The notes below the pieces were generated by a model that did no database searches, had not been told where the DNA came from, and saw only the letters and a program-made list of their open reading frames with translations. The position numbers and the translations under genes were made by a program. From IMG/VR virus record IMGVR_UViG_2930438282_000003, positions 46,358 to 110,357 of that record: DNA of 64,000 bases. One strand, written 5' to 3'. The stretch comes from a virus (taxonomy: Duplodnaviria; Caudoviricetes). The number at the start of each line of letters is the position of its first letter. Position 1 is the first letter of the stretch. Shown one piece after another: positions 59,219 to 64,000 of the stretch.

Positions 59219-60313
59219 TTGTCCCCTCCGATGACGCCCGCCCTGTGGCGGGCCGCCCTCACCGCTGAGGGCGTGCCGTTCACCGAGTTCCCCGGCTGGA
59301 CCGAACGCGGGCGCGACGCCGCGACGGGGAAAGTCTTCGGTCCCGTGAACGGGGTGCTCAACCACCACACCGCCGGGACGAACAGCCTGGCCACGATCGC
59401 CGTCAACGGCCGCCCTGGCCTGCCGCCGCCGCTGGCGCACGCCTACTTGCCGAAGTCCGGTGTCCTGGCCCTGGTCGCCGACGGCCGCGCCAACCACGCT
59501 GGTCTGGCCGCGAAGAACTCCTTCGACGCGATCGTCGCCGAGATGCCGCTCCCCAAGCCCGACGCGAGCTCGGGCACGGTCGACGGGAACGACGTCCTCT
59601 ACGGGCTCGAGGTCGAGAACCTCGGCGACGGCGTCGACGTCTACACGCGCGCCCAGTACGACACGTGGGTCCGGTTCAACGCGGCGATCTGCCGTCACCA
59701 CCAGTGGGGCGCGGGCAGTTGCGCCGGCCACCTGGAGACGTCCGTCGAGGGCAAGGTCGACCCCCGGGGCCGCGTCGAGGGCTACGGCAGTCGCGGCCCG
59801 TTCTCGTTCACCATGGCGCAGTTCCGCGCCGACGTCGCCGAGCGCCTGGCGCACCCGGCGAGCTGGAGCCCGAGTGCACAGGAAGACGACACCGACATGC
59901 CGCAGTACGCGAACCTCGGCCTGGTCCACCCGTACACGCTGGCCCCCGGCGCGTGGCACGACGTCCAGTTCACGCAGGAGTGGACCGACGAGACCGGCGA
60001 CCACGCCCCCAACAGCGAGGTGTTCGTGGAGGGCCCGGCCAGGTTCACGGGCTCGCTGAGCCTCAGGTTCGAGGACCTGCCGGTCGGGGACGTCGTCCAG
60101 GTCCGCATGAGCGAGTGGGAGGGCGACGAGCTTCAGCAGGTGCACCCCATCCACGAGGTGATCGGCACTCCGGGTGGTGCCTACGGGATCGTGCCGCTGA
60201 CCAAGCGGATCGGCTCGGGCCGCAGCATTCGGGTCCGGCTCCTCAACCAGAGCCCGGCCGAGATCGAGGTCGCGAGCGCCGTCCTCACGGCGCTGGTGTG
60301 GAAGGAGAGCTGA
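59219..60313 (+). CDS. Endolysin (N-acetylmuramoyl-L-alanine amidase)
   Basis: GVLNHHTAG, GRANHAG, YGLEVEN and GHLE..KVDP. GGGAG + TTG start. Confidence 0.88.
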   Translation: MSPPMTPALWRAALTAEGVPFTEFPGWTERGRDAATGKVFGPVNGVLNHHTAGTNSLATIAVNGRPGLPPPLAHAYLPKSGVLALVADGRANHAGLAAKNSFDAIVAEMPLPKPDASSGTVDGNDVLYGLEVENLGDGVDVYTRAQYDTWVRFNAAICRHHQWGAGSCAGHLETSVEGKVDPRGRVEGYGSRGPFSFTMAQFRADVAERLAHPASWSPSAQEDDTDMPQYANLGLVHPYTLAPGAWHDVQFTQEWTDETGDHAPNSEVFVEGPARFTGSLSLRFEDLPVGDVVQVRMSEWEGDELQQVHPIHEVIGTPGGAYGIVPLTKRIGSGRSIRVRLLNQSPAEIEVASAVLTALVWKES

Positions 60314-60316
60314 GCT

Positions 60317-60553
60317 GTGGGAGCCCAGAACGCGCCTGTTGAGGCCAAGGTCACCGCGGCCACCGCCACCTCCTACCTGACATCGGCCGGGCTTCTCGCG
60401 GTCCTCGCAGCAGTCCAGGACAACACGCGCCTGCTCGATCCGCTGCCGGACTGGATCAGCCCGCTGGTTCTGTCGATCATTCCGGGCATCCTCACCTTCG
60501 CCGCCGGGTGGAAGGTCCGGCACTCGCCCCGGTTGGGCGGGGAGCGAGGGTGA
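60317..60553 (+). CDS. Holin
   Basis: Two TM helices. APVEAKV..A and FAAGW..RHSPR. Follows the endolysin. Confidence 0.8.
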   Translation: MGAQNAPVEAKVTAATATSYLTSAGLLAVLAAVQDNTRLLDPLPDWISPLVLSIIPGILTFAAGWKVRHSPRLGGERG

Positions 60554-60924
60554 TCGAGACCGGCAACGCGACTCTGGACAGCGTCCTGACGGTGGGTGGT
60601 GTGCTCACGGCACTCGTGGGCGTTGTTGCCGCCGTCTGGCGGGTCGTCCGGGCCGGGTTGCGGTTCTTCCGCCGGGTGGAGCTGTTCATGGACGACTGGT
60701 ACGGGGAGGAGGACCGGCCCGGCGTTCCCGGCCGGCCGGGCGTCCTCGAGCGCATGCACGGCTTCGACGCCCGGCTGAGCCGAGTCGAACACGAGCTGCA
60801 GCCCAACAGCGGCCAGTCGCTGCGTGATGCCGTCGACCTCGCGAACCAGCGGCTGGCGTGTCTGTGCCCGGACCCCGACCTCACCGAGCCGCCGGATTTG
60901 CCAGGCAAACCGAGCGACTCCTGA
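60550..60924 (+). CDS. Lysis-cassette membrane protein
   Basis: N-terminal TM. DDWYGE..RPGV and EL.PNSG.SLRDAV, typical after actinophage holins. Confidence 0.7.
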   Translation: MIETGNATLDSVLTVGGVLTALVGVVAAVWRVVRAGLRFFRRVELFMDDWYGEEDRPGVPGRPGVLERMHGFDARLSRVEHELQPNSGQSLRDAVDLANQRLACLCPDPDLTEPPDLPGKPSDS

Positions 60925-60935
60925 TCGAGCGTTGT

Positions 60936-60973
60936 ACTGCTGCCCCGCCGGTAGGTTCCGGCGGGGCAGCAGT
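60936..60973 (+). terminator. Terminator ending the late region
   Basis: ACTGCTGCCCCGCCGG / CCGGCGGGGCAGCAGT 16-bp stem. Confidence 0.8.
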
Positions 60974-61478
60974 CCCCGAGCGGTAGTCAGCTGGAAGGAC
61001 TACGGGAGTGTTCAGGCATTGGATCTGGTCTGCTCTCATTGACGAAGCCAGTGCCCATGCCGCCTTCGATACTGCTTTCCCAGCACATCGCCGAGGAACG
61101 TCTGGCGCAACCTCTCAGCTGATGGCGCCTTCCCAGCGCTTGACCGGCGCCCCGGGGCCGGAGCTGGTGCTCACTCCCGATCGGGTCAAGCATGAAAATC
61201 TGGTACAGGGATAAAACTGGGTATTGCAAGATATGTTGATCGACGGGCGAGCAATAGAATAGCCCAGAGAGTCGAACCCTGCCGCCGGTCCTCCTGGAAT
61301 CCCTGGCGGACCGGCGCCGACCTGGTCGGGCAGGAAAATCGCAGATCCGCAACCTAGTGAATATTTTGGCGACCTAGTATGGCGATTTCACCTAGAGTAT
61401 AATTTCACGCCGCGCACTCGTCTCGCTGTGTAGTGTTGACATGATTCGCACATCAGACTGGAATGGATATCTCAAGAA

Positions 61479-61991
61479 ATGCTACTCGATCCAGAGGTGA
61501 AGAGCGATGCGGAACGACTTCGCTGGGATTTCGTTCCGTTTATAAGCGTTGGGCCGCTGCATTTTGGCATGTCCCGAGATCAAGTGATCGACGCTCTCTC
61601 TGCAGGCAAGCCAACCTACGGTGAAGGTTCTACCGCAAGTGGATTCGATTTCTTCTACGAGGGCGGTGTAACGGTATATTACAGCGCTCAGGGTGAATTG
61701 GCCTGCGCAGCAGTCGACCCTTTCCAGGGTCCTCTTGTTTTCATCGGGGGCTTCCAGCTCACCCACCGTCTTCCCTCAGAAATTGAGGCCTGGATGAGGC
61801 GAGGGGAGGCATGGGAATTCCGCTTGAATCGGCGATGTGAACCGACTTTCGAAGAGGTTGGACTGGTGATTCGCGGGAAGCAGGGAGGCGACTTGATTCG
61901 CAGTCGCCCAGTCTTCGTCTCGCGCGAATGGGCTGCAGGTTTCGCTAACGAAGACGGAGGATTCATTCCGTTGCGGGAATGGCAAGAATAG
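61479..61991 (+). CDS. Lower-GC hypothetical protein (immunity-like)
   Basis: WDFVPFISVGPLHFGMS motif. AT-rich upstream region. Confidence 0.6.
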   Translation: MLLDPEVKSDAERLRWDFVPFISVGPLHFGMSRDQVIDALSAGKPTYGEGSTASGFDFFYEGGVTVYYSAQGELACAAVDPFQGPLVFIGGFQLTHRLPSEIEAWMRRGEAWEFRLNRRCEPTFEEVGLVIRGKQGGDLIRSRPVFVSREWAAGFANEDGGFIPLREWQE

Positions 61992-62499
61992 AAATCGAAT
62001 TCCGAATTATCAGGCTGGATAGACTTCAGGGCGGGTCGGTCAGTCGATGGCGCTGTCGTGCGCCAGGCCCCTGCCTCTGTACGAGCGGCTTGCAGCGCAC
62101 CGAGGTAGAGACGTTGGCCGACAGCGGACTGACCGCGTCGCTGTCAGCTGAAGCGACGGCGCGCGGCCTGCTCACCGAGCTGGTTTGAGGTATCGCTGAA
62201 GCCCGCTAACTGGCTCCGTGGTGGTCGAGGATGTGGCCTACGATGGCATCGGCCGCACCCCTTCCGCAGCGCCCAACTCAAAGCATGGACCAAGGACTTT
62301 TGGGACCAGTGTCTTTTCAGCTACCGACAAAGGTGTCTGAATATTTCACAAGCCGCTGAACCGCAGAAGTGCTTGACAACCCTAACTTGACTGAGCCTTT
62401 TTTCAACCTCAGTTTGAGCAGCTGAGGTGGAGGGTGAATCAACGGGCATGCTGGGGGCTGTTCTCCCTGCGATTGTCGAGGTGCTCGTTGTCCCTCCGT

Positions 62500-62950
62500 C
62501 CCCGTTCCGGTGAGCAAGTCCCGTCTCTGACCGAGCAGATCGCACGGGCGAGCGACCCGGCCGGCACGGTGATGTGGGTGAGAGACCGGCTGAACGAGGC
62601 TGTGGCATGACGAGGACTTCGGCGGCTGGTACTCGCGTGATGGGCGCCCCGGTCTCTCGCCCGCCCAGTTGGCCACCGTCTGCGTGTTGCAGTTCCTGCT
62701 CGGTCTGTCGGACCGGCAGGCAGCCGAGGCGATCCGCTGCCGCATCGACTTCAAGTACGCCATGGCCCTGGAGCTGGACGATCCGGGATTCCACCACAGC
62801 GTGCTGGCCGATTTCCGCGAGCGCCTCGCCGAAGGCCACGGGGCCGACCGCCTCCTGGACCTCGCACTGGCCCGGCTCAAGGAGGCCGGTCTCGTAGGCG
62901 AGCGCAGCACGCAGCGCACGGGGGCGCGAGTTCGGTCTCAGGCGGGCTGA
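62500..62950 (+). pseudogene. IS1182-family transposase remnant
   Basis: LATVCVLQFLLGLSDRQAAEA..RIDFKYAMALELDDPGFHHSVL. Truncated, with a frameshifted 5' part. Confidence 0.8.
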
Positions 62951-63440
62951 GCGGGAACGCTGAAGGAGATCCACGCATCCGGTGGGAGGTCCGCCCGGTT
63001 CGGCACCGGCCTGTGCTCCTCCGTCCATGCCTCGCCGGCGATATCTGCGGCGACGCGACGCCAGAAGCGGACCGCGTTCACGTTGGCGTCCTGGAAGGCG
63101 ACTTCCCACGTGCCGGGGTACTTGGCTGTGACTTCCCGGACGGCCTGCAGGCCGATGCCTTTCCGTCTTGCCCCGCGTACGACGAAGAAGGCGTTCAGGA
63201 CGCGCGTGCGGGCGAGTAGGCCCCGGACGACGACGAAGCCGACGGGCTGTTGTCACTCATCAGGAGGTGGGGCGCCCGGTCGGCATCGGTGAAGGCGGTG
63301 TGCAGTCGGTTGCCGCCGAACGCCCCGTCCGGGTTGGGCAGCAGCTCGGTGAACTCCGAGAGGTCGTGGCGGAACAGTTGCCACAGCCTCTCCATGATCG
63401 GGAGGTCGGCAGCGTCTACGGGGCGTACCAGGTCTGGCAT
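62938..63440 (-). pseudogene. GNAT acetyltransferase, frameshifted near 63255
   Basis: RLWQLFRHDLSEF, then in another frame FFVVRGARRKGIG..WEVAFQDAN..AVRFWRRVA. Confidence 0.7.
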
Positions 63441-63649
63441 GAGGCTCCCTAAGAATGGTCAGCGGTCGGGGAGGACCGGGTGTGGCTGATGAGGTTCTGC
63501 CGTTGATGGCTTCCAAGGAATGGCCGCCCGGTCCTCCGGGACGCTCCGACCACTGATTGAGAACTGCGGTCATCGCTGGTTAGGGACCTGTCGGCGGAGT
63601 GTTCTTCGGGCCACGAGAGTGCTGGTCACGGTGGAACGGAAGCGACGGG

Positions 63650-64000
63650 TTGAGTACTCGACAGGGCCGGATATGGGTCGGCATCGACGCAGGCAAGGGG
63701 CACCACTGGGCGGTGGCCCTGGACGCAGACGGTGGGACGCTGTTCTCGACGAAGGTGATCAACGACGAGGCCCAGATCCTCGCTCTCATCGAGACCGCCC
63801 GGGAGCGGGCTGACGAGATCCGCTAGGCGGTGGACATCTCCGGCCGAGCCTCCACGCTCCTGCTGGCCTTGCTGGTTGCCCAAGGGCAGAGCGTGGTCTA
63901 CGTGCCGGGCCGCACGGTCAACCGGATGACCGGCGCCTACAAGGGCGAGGGGAAGACCGACGCCAAGGACGCGCGGGTCATCGCCGATCAGGCACGCATG
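63650..64000 (+). pseudogene. IS110-family transposase, 5' part with in-frame TAG at 63824 (runs off the window)
   Basis: WVGIDAGKGHH, EIR*AVD and GEGKTDAKDARVIADQAR. Confidence 0.85.

Noticed and set aside
60461-60478. Partial motif matches (CCGCTGGTTCTG in the holin; CGCTGGTTAGGG near 63574)
   Set aside because: They lack the GGGCCG half and the upstream -10 arrangement.
63490-63650. IS110 non-coding end as a bridge RNA
   Set aside because: Plausible by family, but the structure cannot be supported by eye. The element is truncated and has a nonsense mutation.

Overview
High-GC actinobacterial DNA (Streptomyces-like, judged from LAETG sortase motif, IS630/IS110/IS1182 types and GC3 bias). 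It carries the almost complete late (virion and lysis) region of a siphovirus-type prophage or plasmid-phage on the + strand: portal end, a MuF/2H-phosphoesterase/protease fusion, major capsid, several giant Cys-rich modular proteins, major tail, head-tail genes, a frameshifted tail chaperone, tape measure, minor tail genes, endolysin and holin. The late region is split into modules by cargo blocks, which are dominated by glycan synthesis and hydrolysis genes. Main finding: nine module starts carry the same non-coding element (10 copies, one site doubled). It is a TANNNT -10-like box with no conserved -35, followed 9-16 bp later by GCTGGTTNTGGGCCG inside a covarying hairpin (variable N in the loop, G-U pairs, compensatory outer stem). 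Six of seven cargo blocks end just upstream of one of these elements. This looks like a self-contained late promoter plus structured 5'-leader regulon that tolerates cargo insertion. All product calls come from motifs and gene order read by eye; no database search was run.
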